Assembly (NCBI GenBank): GCA_963662285.2
Contig: CAXXMV010000006.1
Coordinates: 128,001 to 192,000 of the forward strand
DNA from: a bacterium
GTDB lineage: Bacteria > Hinthialibacterota > Hinthialibacteria > Hinthialibacterales > Hinthialibacteraceae
DNA: 64,000 bases
Direction: 5' to 3'
Shown: one piece after another, positions 31,365 through 41,168 of the stretch
How positions within the stretch are numbered: position 1 is the first letter of the stretch
How the letters are laid out: the number at the start of each line of letters is the position of its first letter
Notes under the pieces: generated by a model
Databases searched by the model: none
What the model was told of the DNA's origin: nothing
What the model saw: the letters and a program-made list of their open reading frames with translations, nothing else
Program-made: the position numbers and the translations under genes

Positions 31365-33986
31365 ATGAACCTTATTTGCAAAATTATCGTTGTTTTTTTA
31401 ATCGGATTGGTGCTTACGCCATCCTTAAGCGCCGTAGACTTTGGGGATTTAGATCAAAACATCAATACTAACGAATTAATACCAGATGCCAATTTCCGTA
31501 CGGCAATTGAAAAAATCATGGGAGTACAACCAGGTGAAAACATTGCTCTCGGCGATGCAATAGAAAAAGAAGGTTTTCTTGTTGTGACTGATATAGATAT
31601 TAAGGACCTTACAGGCTTGGAGTATTTCCCCAATATATCGTCCTTATATTGCAATAATAATCAGATTGAAGAGTTGGATTTAAGCAATAATTTGAATATA
31701 GAAAAAATTTATTGCGCTAATAATACAATTCAGAATATTATTATCCCGGAAAATTCCAAATTGAAATATCTGTATTGCATGAACAACAATTTAGTCAATC
31801 TCGATTTGAGTAATGCGAAAAATCTGGTTGTCGTAAATGGCCGCGACAATCAACTGGAATCGATTAACCTTAATGGTCTATCGAATTTGGAAAGGGTTTA
31901 TCTCTACAATAACAACTTAACTCAACTTGATGTTACATCCAATCCGGACTTGAATTATTTGAGTTGCTTCAATAATAATTTAAGTGAATTGAACGTCGAT
32001 TTTAATTTAGAATTAATTTATTTGTCCTGTAGCGGCAATGAACTCAATGAATTGAATATCACCAACAATACTAACTTGATACATTTATACTGCCGCAACA
32101 ATAATTTGTCGGAATTAGATGTCAGCAAGAATCCAAGTTTATGGCGTATCAACTGCTATCGTAACTTGATAAGTGAATTAGATGTCAGAAACAATCCAAA
32201 TTTGATTTATTTGTATTGTTATGACAATAAAATTGAGGAATTGGATTTAACTAATAACACGAAATTAAGGTATTTATATTGCTCGAATAACAAAATAAAT
32301 TCACTAAATGTTTCGAATAGCCCTAGCCTTATGAATCTTCTCTGCGGCTACAACAACTTGAAGGAATTGGATGTTAGCCAAAATCCATTATTAACTTTAT
32401 TGTCTTGTCACAACAACAAATTGACGGAACTGGATACTCGCAGTAATCCTGCGTTGACTTTGTTTCATTGCTACAAAAACAATATTGAAAATTTAGATAT
32501 TTCCAAGAATAAAAATCTTGAATATCTGTATTGTTATTATAACAAATTGGAAACACTGGATCCAACACATAATCCAGAATTAATTCATCTATATTGTTAT
32601 TGGAACGAATTGGAAAGTTTGGATGTTTCCAAGAATACTAAACTAGTGCGTCTTTGGTGCGGCAGTAATGACCTGACCGCTCTAGATCTTACTCAGAATT
32701 CAAATTTGAAAAGCGTACGCACTCATTACAATCAGATGACGGTTTTTCCTTTGCTTCCATTGGAAAATAATTTGATTGAATTACTTATAACATACAATCT
32801 ACTCGAATGCGATGACGCACCGTCTATTCTGGATGCCGTAGACATTTTAGGTGCAGGATTGACTTATCTACCGCAACGTGATGAACACGCTCTTGATTGC
32901 AATGGACCCATTATCTCGGGCGTTCAAGATGTCAATCTGACGCTTGATCCCGACTCCGAGCAAACGGCGGTTCCTCTTGCGATTACGGTCATGGATGATA
33001 GTGGTGAAGTAAATGTTCGAACGGATTTTTATTATGCTGATGGGACGGTGTTTTCAAAACCATCGCTGCCTGACGCTATCGAATATTTTCCCGCTGGAGC
33101 AAATCTTGTTAAGATCACAGCCACGGATTTAGCTGGAAATAAAGCCGAAGCGCAATTTCAAGTAATTATCGCAGCATTAGAATGGCAAACGGAATTTCCC
33201 AAGGATGGATGGGCGACGATTGTTTTTGAAGATAATCAAGGAGACAAGGATTACAATGATTTCATAGTATCGATGAAGGCTATAGAAACATACAACAATA
33301 TCAATGAACTAACCAATATCACGCTTAAATTCATCCCGCTGGCGCGTGGAACGAATTGGGAATCCATGTTCAAACTCATCTTGGACGGCGTTGTAGATGA
33401 TTCGCGCAATATTACAACAAACACAAGCGCCGTATTTAAAGGTGATGCGGAGATTATAGTAAATCTTTATGATGCGGATCAGAATCTTATTGATAGTACG
33501 TCCTACGATAAAGAACAAGACTTGATTATTTTCGATGATACTAGTCAAGCGCTGCCTTCTACACAGAAATACGGTCAAACGGTAAATACCGATACGAAAG
33601 AGACTTATATTGAGCCAGCGCAAACTGCGGAAGTTATAATCACGATCCATGAACCATCTCTAAACCGTTACGAAGATCGCAGCGATCCAGGTATTCCTCC
33701 ATACAGGCCGGTGCTTAATGTCAAGAAAAATGATATTGATGTTATCAATGTCAATCGGGATGATGAAATGATGAACAAGCAGAACTATCCTCTTGGAATC
33801 GTCATCCCTAAAGATTGGGCATGGCCTTTAGAAAACAAAAAAATTGATGACACATATCCATTCTTTGAGAAATACCGCGAATGGCTGGGCGGCGATGCGC
33901 TATTGACGGATGAAGCGAAATATTGGTATAACTTCCCATCTGATGATGCCGAAGGGGATATATTTGACCTTGATCTGTTTGAATAA
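31365..33986 (+). CDS. Secreted internalin-like LRR protein with a HYR/Ig-like domain and a C-terminal LruC/DUF4842-like domain
   Basis: Signal peptide, IPDANFR cap, many 21-aa LxCxxNxLxxLD repeats, TATDLAGN, FEDNQGDKDYNDF and WPLE motifs. Confidence 0.8.
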   Translation: MNLICKIIVVFLIGLVLTPSLSAVDFGDLDQNINTNELIPDANFRTAIEKIMGVQPGENIALGDAIEKEGFLVVTDIDIKDLTGLEYFPNISSLYCNNNQIEELDLSNNLNIEKIYCANNTIQNIIIPENSKLKYLYCMNNNLVNLDLSNAKNLVVVNGRDNQLESINLNGLSNLERVYLYNNNLTQLDVTSNPDLNYLSCFNNNLSELNVDFNLELIYLSCSGNELNELNITNNTNLIHLYCRNNNLSELDVSKNPSLWRINCYRNLISELDVRNNPNLIYLYCYDNKIEELDLTNNTKLRYLYCSNNKINSLNVSNSPSLMNLLCGYNNLKELDVSQNPLLTLLSCHNNKLTELDTRSNPALTLFHCYKNNIENLDISKNKNLEYLYCYYNKLETLDPTHNPELIHLYCYWNELESLDVSKNTKLVRLWCGSNDLTALDLTQNSNLKSVRTHYNQMTVFPLLPLENNLIELLITYNLLECDDAPSILDAVDILGAGLTYLPQRDEHALDCNGPIISGVQDVNLTLDPDSEQTAVPLAITVMDDSGEVNVRTDFYYADGTVFSKPSLPDAIEYFPAGANLVKITATDLAGNKAEAQFQVIIAALEWQTEFPKDGWATIVFEDNQGDKDYNDFIVSMKAIETYNNINELTNITLKFIPLARGTNWESMFKLILDGVVDDSRNITTNTSAVFKGDAEIIVNLYDADQNLIDSTSYDKEQDLIIFDDTSQALPSTQKYGQTVNTDTKETYIEPAQTAEVIITIHEPSLNRYEDRSDPGIPPYRPVLNVKKNDIDVINVNRDDEMMNKQNYPLGIVIPKDWAWPLENKKIDDTYPFFEKYREWLGGDALLTDEAKYWYNFPSDDAEGDIFDLDLFE

Positions 33987-34006
33987 AACACTCTAATTTA
34001 GACAAC

Positions 34007-34126
34007 GATGAAACGGTAAAAAGTCAAAACTGTTTTTTTGACCACAATGCTTAGTGGATATTCATAAGACATATATACAAGATGTAGTTTTAGTTTCGTC
34101 TTTCATCCACTTTTTGCCGACTTATC
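34007..34126. repeat. Possible MITE-like element with imperfect 18-bp terminal inverted repeats
   Basis: gatgaaacggtaaaaagt (34007-34024) versus the reverse complement of 34109-34126, 14/18 matches. Confidence 0.4.
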
Positions 34127-34131
34127 AGATA

Positions 34132-34206
34132 ATCGAGTAGGGGGAATTGACTAACGTCTCCCCCTCTCGCACCACTGGTCATACCTGCCCGGCGCCCAGG
34201 AGGTTT
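34132..34206 (-). mobile_element. Group IIC intron 3' remnant (domains V-VI), no RT ORF
   Basis: Minus strand reads aacctcctgg...ccagtggtgcgagaggggg...ccccctactcgat, matching the typical IIC ending (aaccgcc...ggtggtgtgagagg...cctactcgat). Confidence 0.7.
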
Positions 34207-34256
34207 TTCTTGATTTTTAACAACAAATTCTACTCCTAAAAACTATGTCCCAGCGC

Positions 34257-35750
34257 TCATGGACGGGTCTCAGAATCCGGGATGCGGCCCCGGCTCCACT
34301 TTTGCAATCTTTCCAGTCTCATAGTCCCCTGCTCGTAATAAGCCGCGTTAAGAGATGATAAATGAGTTAGGCGCAGTTCATCCAGTGATTTGCGCCAATT
34401 ATCCTGAGGATTAACCAGTTTCATCTTCTGCATGGCGTCTAACAGAGAGTCGGCGATAAGTTGATGACCGGAGATGTTGGGATGTACATGATCCAATAAC
34501 CATTCGTTCCCCGGAATTTTATCGTCGGTTTGATTTTCAATAAGTGTTTGTATATCCACCAGTTCAACCTCTAAATGCTCTGCGGTTTCAAGAATTATTT
34601 GGTGCATTGGTTCTAAAATCCTTAGTGGACAGATGTCCTCGTCTTTGGACAAAACAAACCATCTTTTAGCCTCAGAGAAACGCCCCAGGCTTTGGAAGCA
34701 TTTGCCGATAATGTAGAGACTTCGGGCATGCCGCCGGTCTAAGGCGATAGCCTGCTCCATCAGTTTGATTTTATTATAAGCGTTTGACCAGGGAATTTCA
34801 CGGGATTGGCGCCAAAGAGATTTTATTTGTTCTATATGCTGTTGAGATAAATTAGCGCTGAATACAGACTTGAATGGTGGACTGTCTTTTAGGTTCGCAA
34901 CTGGATTGAGGAGAATGATGGGAATCCCGGCGTTTTGAGCAAGTAAGATCATGGTTTCCAGGTTGCGGCGAAAATGCCTGATGGTTTCCATGCGTCGTTT
35001 GTCATCACGATGGTATGATTTTAATCCATTCTGTAAATCAAGCGTTGCTTGTACTTCTGTCGGTAAAGGCTTCTTTGATACATCTGACCGGGCGATTTTT
35101 TTTGAGCGAAGTTTATATATATACTTATGTATCTGAGAATAAGAACGTAGTTTGAGTAATATCTGATGAAGCCGGATTATAACTTGCGGCAGCCGCTTTA
35201 CATTGTGATATGATCGGTCTTCCAGAAATTCGTTATGCCCGGTATAGATGATGAATAAATCAGGCTTATGTTTCAGCAATTCCCGCATAATGGGGATAAG
35301 TCTATAACTGGCGTAGGATATCCCGCCGCAGTTGATCACCTCGTAATCGGTTTGGGGTTGCGCTGTTTGTAAGTTTAACTTGAGCCAGGCAGAGAATGAT
35401 GTCTCTACCGAGTATGGGCGTCCCTGAACCGTTGAACCGCCCAGGCAGAATATGCGGAACTTATCCGCTTCCTTATCAACCGTAAATGATTGCGGTCGGA
35501 AGAAATCTAATCGATTAGGGGCAGTTTCATAATGGGTTCCGGTTGCATTAAGAACGAAAAGAGGCCGTAAACTTTTGAAGGATACATAGGGATCATCAAA
35601 CTCAGCCGGTATTGATGATGTGCATAGTCTTAATCCAATTTCAATGGCAATGAGCGGCAAGAGAACAATACCCAAAGCGGTAAGGTAAAATATGGTTATG
35701 CGTAAACGGCTTATTCTTTTTGTGGTTCTGGCTTGACTTTGATCTGGCAT
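34257..35750 (-). CDS. SGNH/GDSL hydrolase with TPR insertion and N-terminal membrane anchor
   Basis: GGSTVQG, INCGG..YAS, YTGHNEF and DHVHPN blocks. Confidence 0.8.
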   Translation of the reverse strand: MPDQSQARTTKRISRLRITIFYLTALGIVLLPLIAIEIGLRLCTSSIPAEFDDPYVSFKSLRPLFVLNATGTHYETAPNRLDFFRPQSFTVDKEADKFRIFCLGGSTVQGRPYSVETSFSAWLKLNLQTAQPQTDYEVINCGGISYASYRLIPIMRELLKHKPDLFIIYTGHNEFLEDRSYHNVKRLPQVIIRLHQILLKLRSYSQIHKYIYKLRSKKIARSDVSKKPLPTEVQATLDLQNGLKSYHRDDKRRMETIRHFRRNLETMILLAQNAGIPIILLNPVANLKDSPPFKSVFSANLSQQHIEQIKSLWRQSREIPWSNAYNKIKLMEQAIALDRRHARSLYIIGKCFQSLGRFSEAKRWFVLSKDEDICPLRILEPMHQIILETAEHLEVELVDIQTLIENQTDDKIPGNEWLLDHVHPNISGHQLIADSLLDAMQKMKLVNPQDNWRKSLDELRLTHLSSLNAAYYEQGTMRLERLQKWSRGRIPDSETRP

Positions 35751-35760
35751 GATCAACTCT

Positions 35761-37050
35761 CTACGCATCACTATTCTCTAATGTCTCTTTGATAAAACAG
35801 GATGCTATCAATGCCAGAACTGCGGCGGCGATAAACAGTTGAAAGGCGCAGCCATAGGCTTCCGCTGAATACCCTGATGCTTGTTTGCCCGATGCATCCA
35901 GGGTGAATCCAATAATCGGTTGCATGATGGCGCCGCCCAGAAAAGGAAAAAGATTGACCAGACCCATCGCTGTTCCGGCAATCTCCACCGGGAACGATTC
36001 TTTGGATGCGGCGAATGCTACTACGACTACTGCGCATCCAAAAAAACCAAAGAGAAATGTCCATACATACAGTAAAGGTATATTGAATTTTGCGGGAAAT
36101 ACTGCCAGTGGAATCAATAATAGCAACATACAGGCGGACGAGAGAATGAGCGCTTTTTTACGCGAATGGAATACTTTGTCTGAGAGAAGACTGCAAATCG
36201 GGCTGCCGATAATCATGGCAATTGCGGACATATTCAAGATGTTTCCCGCTTGAGATTTACTTAACTGATAGGTTTCCATTAAATACGGGCCGCCCCATAA
36301 TCCGCAAAAACTGAAAAATATACTAAAAGTAAAGAAGAACCACATTGCTAATGGCCAGAAATGAGCCGACACAATTACGCTTTTCATGCCTTGCCATAAA
36401 CCGATCCCCATATCAGGTTGGCTGCCTACTGTTGCTTTGTATACTGCTGCATAGCCCAACTCTTCAGGCGTGTTGCGCACAAAAATCCATATCGCGCCTG
36501 ATGATATCAGAGTCAATATTCCAATAACAATAAAACTACCCCGCCAGCCGATCCACGAACTCAGGTAAGCTAATGGCGATGCGGCGATGAGCGCTCCAAT
36601 GCCGCCAATGGCGATTAAAATACCTGTCATCAATGAAAATTCGTCTTTCGTAAACCAACAGGTGAGGATTTTTATGATGGGTACAAAGAGCATGGCAACG
36701 CCGATTCCAACCATAACTCTGGCTAAAATCGCCCAACTGGCGGTCGGCGCCAAACCCAGACCAATGGAAGCGATTCCGGCCAGGATAAAGAATATGGTTA
36801 TGGTTTTTCGGGGGCCCCATGAGTCGGATAATAAACCCGATGGAATCTGCATTAACGCGTAAGGATAAAAATATGCCGAAGCCAACAGACCGATTATGCC
36901 GCCTCCGGCCTTAAGATCATTCATTAAATCTAATGCGACAACCGCCGGACAGAGGCGGTGGAAAAAGACCAACAAATAGCCGATGCCCAGCAAAGCAAAA
37001 ATAATCCATCGGTAAAAGCCGGGTTTGATATGCGATGGTTGATCATTCAT
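35761..37050 (-). CDS. MFS transporter
   Basis: 12 TM, GLLSDSWGPRK motif A, FFHR. Confidence 0.92.
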   Translation of the reverse strand: MNDQPSHIKPGFYRWIIFALLGIGYLLVFFHRLCPAVVALDLMNDLKAGGGIIGLLASAYFYPYALMQIPSGLLSDSWGPRKTITIFFILAGIASIGLGLAPTASWAILARVMVGIGVAMLFVPIIKILTCWFTKDEFSLMTGILIAIGGIGALIAASPLAYLSSWIGWRGSFIVIGILTLISSGAIWIFVRNTPEELGYAAVYKATVGSQPDMGIGLWQGMKSVIVSAHFWPLAMWFFFTFSIFFSFCGLWGGPYLMETYQLSKSQAGNILNMSAIAMIIGSPICSLLSDKVFHSRKKALILSSACMLLLLIPLAVFPAKFNIPLLYVWTFLFGFFGCAVVVVAFAASKESFPVEIAGTAMGLVNLFPFLGGAIMQPIIGFTLDASGKQASGYSAEAYGCAFQLFIAAAVLALIASCFIKETLENSDA

Positions 37051-37169
37051 AAAGAATTCCTTGTACGTACTGGTGATGATAAGTTATAGTATCAAATCAA
37101 CGGTGGTATGAACAGATGAGCGGACAAGGCTTTTTTTGCGGGGAGCCATGGGCATGACAAAATCAGCGT

Positions 37170-37211
37170 GTAAGGTGGGCTAAAAGCCGCAAAGCGGCGT
37201 GTAGCCCACCA
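37170..37211 (+). repeat. GTAG-type REP element
   Basis: ggtgggctaaaagccgcaaagcggcgtgtagcccacca, nearly identical to 49929-49964. Confidence 0.8.
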
Positions 37212-37220
37212 AATTTTAAC

Positions 37221-38486
37221 TTACTCGTGACGCAGCGCTTCGATAGGATCAAGATTGGACGCTCTGATGGCTGGATATATCCCGAAGATGATCCCTACTC
37301 CCATACTGATTCCTAGAGAGAGAATCAAACTATATGTGCTGACCACGGTGGGCATGCCCGCCAGCAGAGTAATGACAAAGGGAATAAGCAATCCGATCCC
37401 CATGCCGATCAAACCGCCGGTGGTGGACAGAACAACGGTTTCTATCAAAAACTGAATTACGATCTGTTTCTTCTTGGCGCCGATGGCCCGGCGGATGCCG
37501 ATTTCACGGGTTCGTTCCGTGACTGAAGCCAGCATAATGTTCATGATTCCAATGCCGCCGACCAGCAGGCTGATGCCCGCAATTGATCCGAGCACGATAT
37601 TAAAGGTTCTCTTGGTCGCTTCGGCCTGCCGTAAAAGAGCTAATGGGATACTGATCCGGTAATCTTCTTTTTTATGAAAACGCTTCAACATCGCTTCTAT
37701 ACCTGCTGCGGTTTTTTCAACATTGTCTATTGAATCTACCTGAACGATGATTTGATGCAATTCTACTCTTTCACGGATTTGAGAACCAGCCACGCTTTTA
37801 GCGAATATATCACCATAACGTTCCCGAGCTACATTGATGGGTATGTAAGCGTCGATTTCCTGATCCGGCGTTTGAATATCTCCGCCAATGGATCCGACAT
37901 TTTTAACAATGCCGATTACTTCAAAATATTCAACACCAATGCGCAAGGTCTGACCGATGGTGTTTTTGGTGGCCAGTAATTTTCTTACGCCATGTTCAGT
38001 CAGCACTACCACATTGGCATGTTCATCAAAATCTCTCTGTAATAACAGCCGACCGCTGAGGACCGGACGTTGTACTAAATCGAACCAGTTCGGCGTTGTG
38101 CCGACCACGCGCAACTCCAAAGAACGTTCACCCAATCTGGCTTGTTTACGTACTTCTTTGACGGGCACAGTATTAGTTATGCTGGGGAAACTTTCCGCCA
38201 GTCTTAACTCATCTTCATAAGTTAAACCGTATATGCTCATCATGATTCGCGTATTGGTGGCTGATTCCTCTTCAATCGATTTTGATGAGGTAATTAGTAT
38301 ATTCTGGCTGCCCAGTTTGCGGATTCGGTCCAGCGCTTCCTTGCTGGCGCCTTCACCAACCGCCAGCATGGCGATAACGCTTCCCACGCCAAACACCACG
38401 CCCAGCATAGTCAGAAAGGTACGCAGTTTATGCAGTAGAAGATTCTTGATGCCTAAATTGACTTCCCGTATATATTTATCTAACAA
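37221..38486 (-). CDS. MacB-like ABC permease
   Basis: LTMLGVVFGVGSV, GGIGIMNIMLASVTERTREIGIRRAIGA, LDPIEALR. Confidence 0.93.
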   Translation of the reverse strand: MLDKYIREVNLGIKNLLLHKLRTFLTMLGVVFGVGSVIAMLAVGEGASKEALDRIRKLGSQNILITSSKSIEEESATNTRIMMSIYGLTYEDELRLAESFPSITNTVPVKEVRKQARLGERSLELRVVGTTPNWFDLVQRPVLSGRLLLQRDFDEHANVVVLTEHGVRKLLATKNTIGQTLRIGVEYFEVIGIVKNVGSIGGDIQTPDQEIDAYIPINVARERYGDIFAKSVAGSQIRERVELHQIIVQVDSIDNVEKTAAGIEAMLKRFHKKEDYRISIPLALLRQAEATKRTFNIVLGSIAGISLLVGGIGIMNIMLASVTERTREIGIRRAIGAKKKQIVIQFLIETVVLSTTGGLIGMGIGLLIPFVITLLAGMPTVVSTYSLILSLGISMGVGIIFGIYPAIRASNLDPIEALRHE

Positions 38487-38560
38487 GATGGTTGCCTACT
38501 TTCAATACGTGTTATAACTTATTTTTTATGTAAAGGCGATTAATAGCGTTATTGATTTGC

Positions 38561-38588
38561 TTACTTACTTACTTACTTACTTACTTAC
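38561..38588. repeat. Tetranucleotide microsatellite (TTAC)7
   Basis: ttacttacttacttacttacttacttac, overlapping the stop codon of the ABC ATPase gene. Confidence 0.9.
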
Positions 38589-39288
38589 TGTCAATTCGTT
38601 CGATGACGCCGTCCTTCATAAAAAGTTTATGGTTGGCGTAATTGGCTAATTCTAATTCATGGGTGACCATAATGATGGTTTTGCCTTGCTCATTGAGTTC
38701 TACCAGCATATTCATGATCTCTGCGCCGGTGGATGAATCCAGGTTGCCGGTGGGTTCATCCGCCAAAAGAATAGAGGGATCATTGGCCAGGGCGCGGGCT
38801 ACCGCCACGCGTTGCTGTTGACCGCCGGATAATTCAGTCGGCCTATGATCCAGTCTATCTTCCAAGCCGACTTTCCGGGCCAATTCGCGGGCGCGTTCGG
38901 CGCTATCGATTGGATCCCAGCCCAAATAGTACAGAGGAAGTTGAATATTCTCTTCAACCGTGGATTGGGGAATCAAGTTGAAACTCTGGAAAATAAAACC
39001 CAGATGCCTAAGCCGCATATCACTTAAGCGGTCATCATCTAATGTACTGACATCATGACCGCTTAAGGTGTACGTGCCCGCAGAGGGACGATCCAGGCAT
39101 CCAAGCAGATTCAGCATAGTACTTTTTCCTGAACCGCTCTGACCCAGTATGGCCCAGAAACTGCCTGTCTCAAACTTAACGGATACGCCAGCCAGCGCGT
39201 TTACTGTTTGTGAACCCATCTTATAGATTTTATGCACATCTTCCAGTTGGGCTGCTATGCCATTTGAGGATTGAGCGTTCATAGTCAC
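38581..39288 (-). CDS. MacB/LolD-like ABC ATP-binding protein
   Basis: GQSGSGKS, FQSFNL, LSGGQQQRVAVARAL, ADEPTGNLD. Confidence 0.95.
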   Translation of the reverse strand: MTMNAQSSNGIAAQLEDVHKIYKMGSQTVNALAGVSVKFETGSFWAILGQSGSGKSTMLNLLGCLDRPSAGTYTLSGHDVSTLDDDRLSDMRLRHLGFIFQSFNLIPQSTVEENIQLPLYYLGWDPIDSAERARELARKVGLEDRLDHRPTELSGGQQQRVAVARALANDPSILLADEPTGNLDSSTGAEIMNMLVELNEQGKTIIMVTHELELANYANHKLFMKDGVIERIDSK

Positions 39289-39290
39289 TA

Positions 39291-41168
39291 TTATTCCTGA
39301 CCGCCTCTCCTGGGTTGTCTTTCTCCACCTTGTCCCTGTTGATCTCTTTGTCCGCCTTGCCTCTGCCGACCTTGTCCTTGACCTTGACCGCCGCCGCGTT
39401 GGAAACGCTGTTGCATTTGCTCGCGTTGTTCGGGAGTCATACTTTCGAAGCGCTTGCGCATTTCTTCTCTTTGTTCGGGAGTCATAGTCCTTCTACCGCC
39501 TGGTTGTCCACCTTCGCCTGGAGCACCCATGGCAGGAGCACCTGTGGCGGGAACACCCTGTGCAGGCCGGGTTTCCGTTCTGGCGTTAACCTCAGGAGGA
39601 TTCAGATTCATATTATCTTTGGAATCCTGTATGATATTTTTAATGTCAGTCGCTTCATTAAAGCGTTTTTCATCCGATACTTCAGCGGCGGATAGCGGTG
39701 GAGTTAAGAGAACCACTTCACCTTTGGTAAGACCGCTTTTTATTTGAGCGAGTCGATTATTATCCGGTCCCAGGTCGATGGTCCGCGGTTCCCAATCATT
39801 TCCTTTGGCGACAAATACTGTTGGTTTGTTGCCGATGCGTAATATGGCTTGAACCGGTACGTAAACCGCATCATCGAAATAATCCACGATTATTTCGGCC
39901 TGGCATCCCATGCCGCTGCGCATGTCGTCTCCATTGCCGTCAATCAGAATCTCGGTGTCATAGACTTTTAGATCGGGATTCATGAAGATGCTTTGCGCAT
40001 TAGGTAATGGAGCGATGGTTGCAATTTTGCCAGTGAAGGATTTTCCTGGTATAGCGTCAATTGTTATACGGACCGGCAGTCCGAGCCGGATTTTCTCCAG
40101 ACTGGATTCCTGCACTTTAACTTTGGCCATATATGCAGCTGTGGTGGGGAGGTGGATAAGTTCCTGCCGTTCGCGCACGTTTTGTCCTTCTTCCAGCGGT
40201 TCGTTATTTCCCCGGAAGCTCATCTGGACGCTGGTGGCGTAAACCACCAGACCATCCATCGGCGCATAAATCTTGGCCTTGGCGATCTGGTTGACCAGTT
40301 TATCTAATTTATTTTTTTGTTGTTCGAATTCAGAAAGTTTGGCTTGTAGTTCAGCAGTGGCCTGGACAATATTGGCGTTGGCCTGCCGCTTGGTGCGTTC
40401 TAGAGCCATTTCGAATTGATTAACGTCGCTGAGCAACTGGGCGATTTCTCTTTTGTAGGTATATCCCTCCAGCAACTCAAGATCAGTTTTGGCTATATCC
40501 AGTTGCCCGGTAATACGGAAGGCAGAAAGTTCATCGTTCTGCAATTCGGTTTGAGAAATATATTTCTCTTTATATAGTATTTGCGACCATTTTACTTTCT
40601 CATTCGCTAAGTTAAGTTCTTCCTGGCGCTGAGAAATCTGATTGAGGGCTTCTTTTTTAAGTTTGGGGAATTCGCCTTCCTCATATTTTTTCAAATCCTG
40701 TTTAGCGAATTCATAGGTTAATTCGGCTTGTTCGATATCACTTTTGGCCAGGCTTTCAGTAATCGCCAGATTCTCCCGTGCGTTAATATAAGCCGCTTCG
40801 GCGTTCTGTACTTTGATTTCCTGTTCAACTTTTTGATCGACCAGAGAACTGGCGTCCAGTTCTACCAGCAGTTCGTCTTTTTTGGCTTTGGTTCCTTCGG
40901 GAATCAAATAAAGGATGGTGCTGGAACCTTCCAACTCGCTTTTGATAATTACTTTGTTACGCGCCTGGATAGTACCTGAAACTGCAATACTGACGGTTAA
41001 TGGGCCTTGTTGAACTTCATAAGTCGGTTGATCGTTTAGTGGATCATCATTAAGCCGGTTGTTGATGGTTGCATAACTAATTCCGGCAATGGCGATGCAG
41101 ACAATGACGAACCATACTGACCAGCGACTCAATAAACCTTTTTTTGCTTTCTTGGGAATTGCATTCAT
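39291..41168 (-). CDS. Efflux periplasmic adaptor subunit (MacA/HlyD-like) with a long coiled coil and a disordered Gln/Gly tail
   Basis: N-terminal TM, IYAPMDGLV lipoyl half-motif, GMGC; ATG 41168 overlaps the TolC stop. Confidence 0.88.
   Translation of the reverse strand: MNAIPKKAKKGLLSRWSVWFVIVCIAIAGISYATINNRLNDDPLNDQPTYEVQQGPLTVSIAVSGTIQARNKVIIKSELEGSSTILYLIPEGTKAKKDELLVELDASSLVDQKVEQEIKVQNAEAAYINARENLAITESLAKSDIEQAELTYEFAKQDLKKYEEGEFPKLKKEALNQISQRQEELNLANEKVKWSQILYKEKYISQTELQNDELSAFRITGQLDIAKTDLELLEGYTYKREIAQLLSDVNQFEMALERTKRQANANIVQATAELQAKLSEFEQQKNKLDKLVNQIAKAKIYAPMDGLVVYATSVQMSFRGNNEPLEEGQNVRERQELIHLPTTAAYMAKVKVQESSLEKIRLGLPVRITIDAIPGKSFTGKIATIAPLPNAQSIFMNPDLKVYDTEILIDGNGDDMRSGMGCQAEIIVDYFDDAVYVPVQAILRIGNKPTVFVAKGNDWEPRTIDLGPDNNRLAQIKSGLTKGEVVLLTPPLSAAEVSDEKRFNEATDIKNIIQDSKDNMNLNPPEVNARTETRPAQGVPATGAPAMGAPGEGGQPGGRRTMTPEQREEMRKRFESMTPEQREQMQQRFQRGGGQGQGQGRQRQGGQRDQQGQGGERQPRRGGQE

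Noticed and set aside
31600-32720. Roughly 63-bp periodicity that might suggest a CRISPR or DGR-type repeat
   Set aside because: Explained by 21-aa LRR coding repeats; no identical repeats with spacers, no cas genes and no RT
33950-33986. C-terminus DIFDLDLFE as a possible variant of the WSLY tail
   Set aside because: It lacks the Trp and terminal Tyr, so it was not counted
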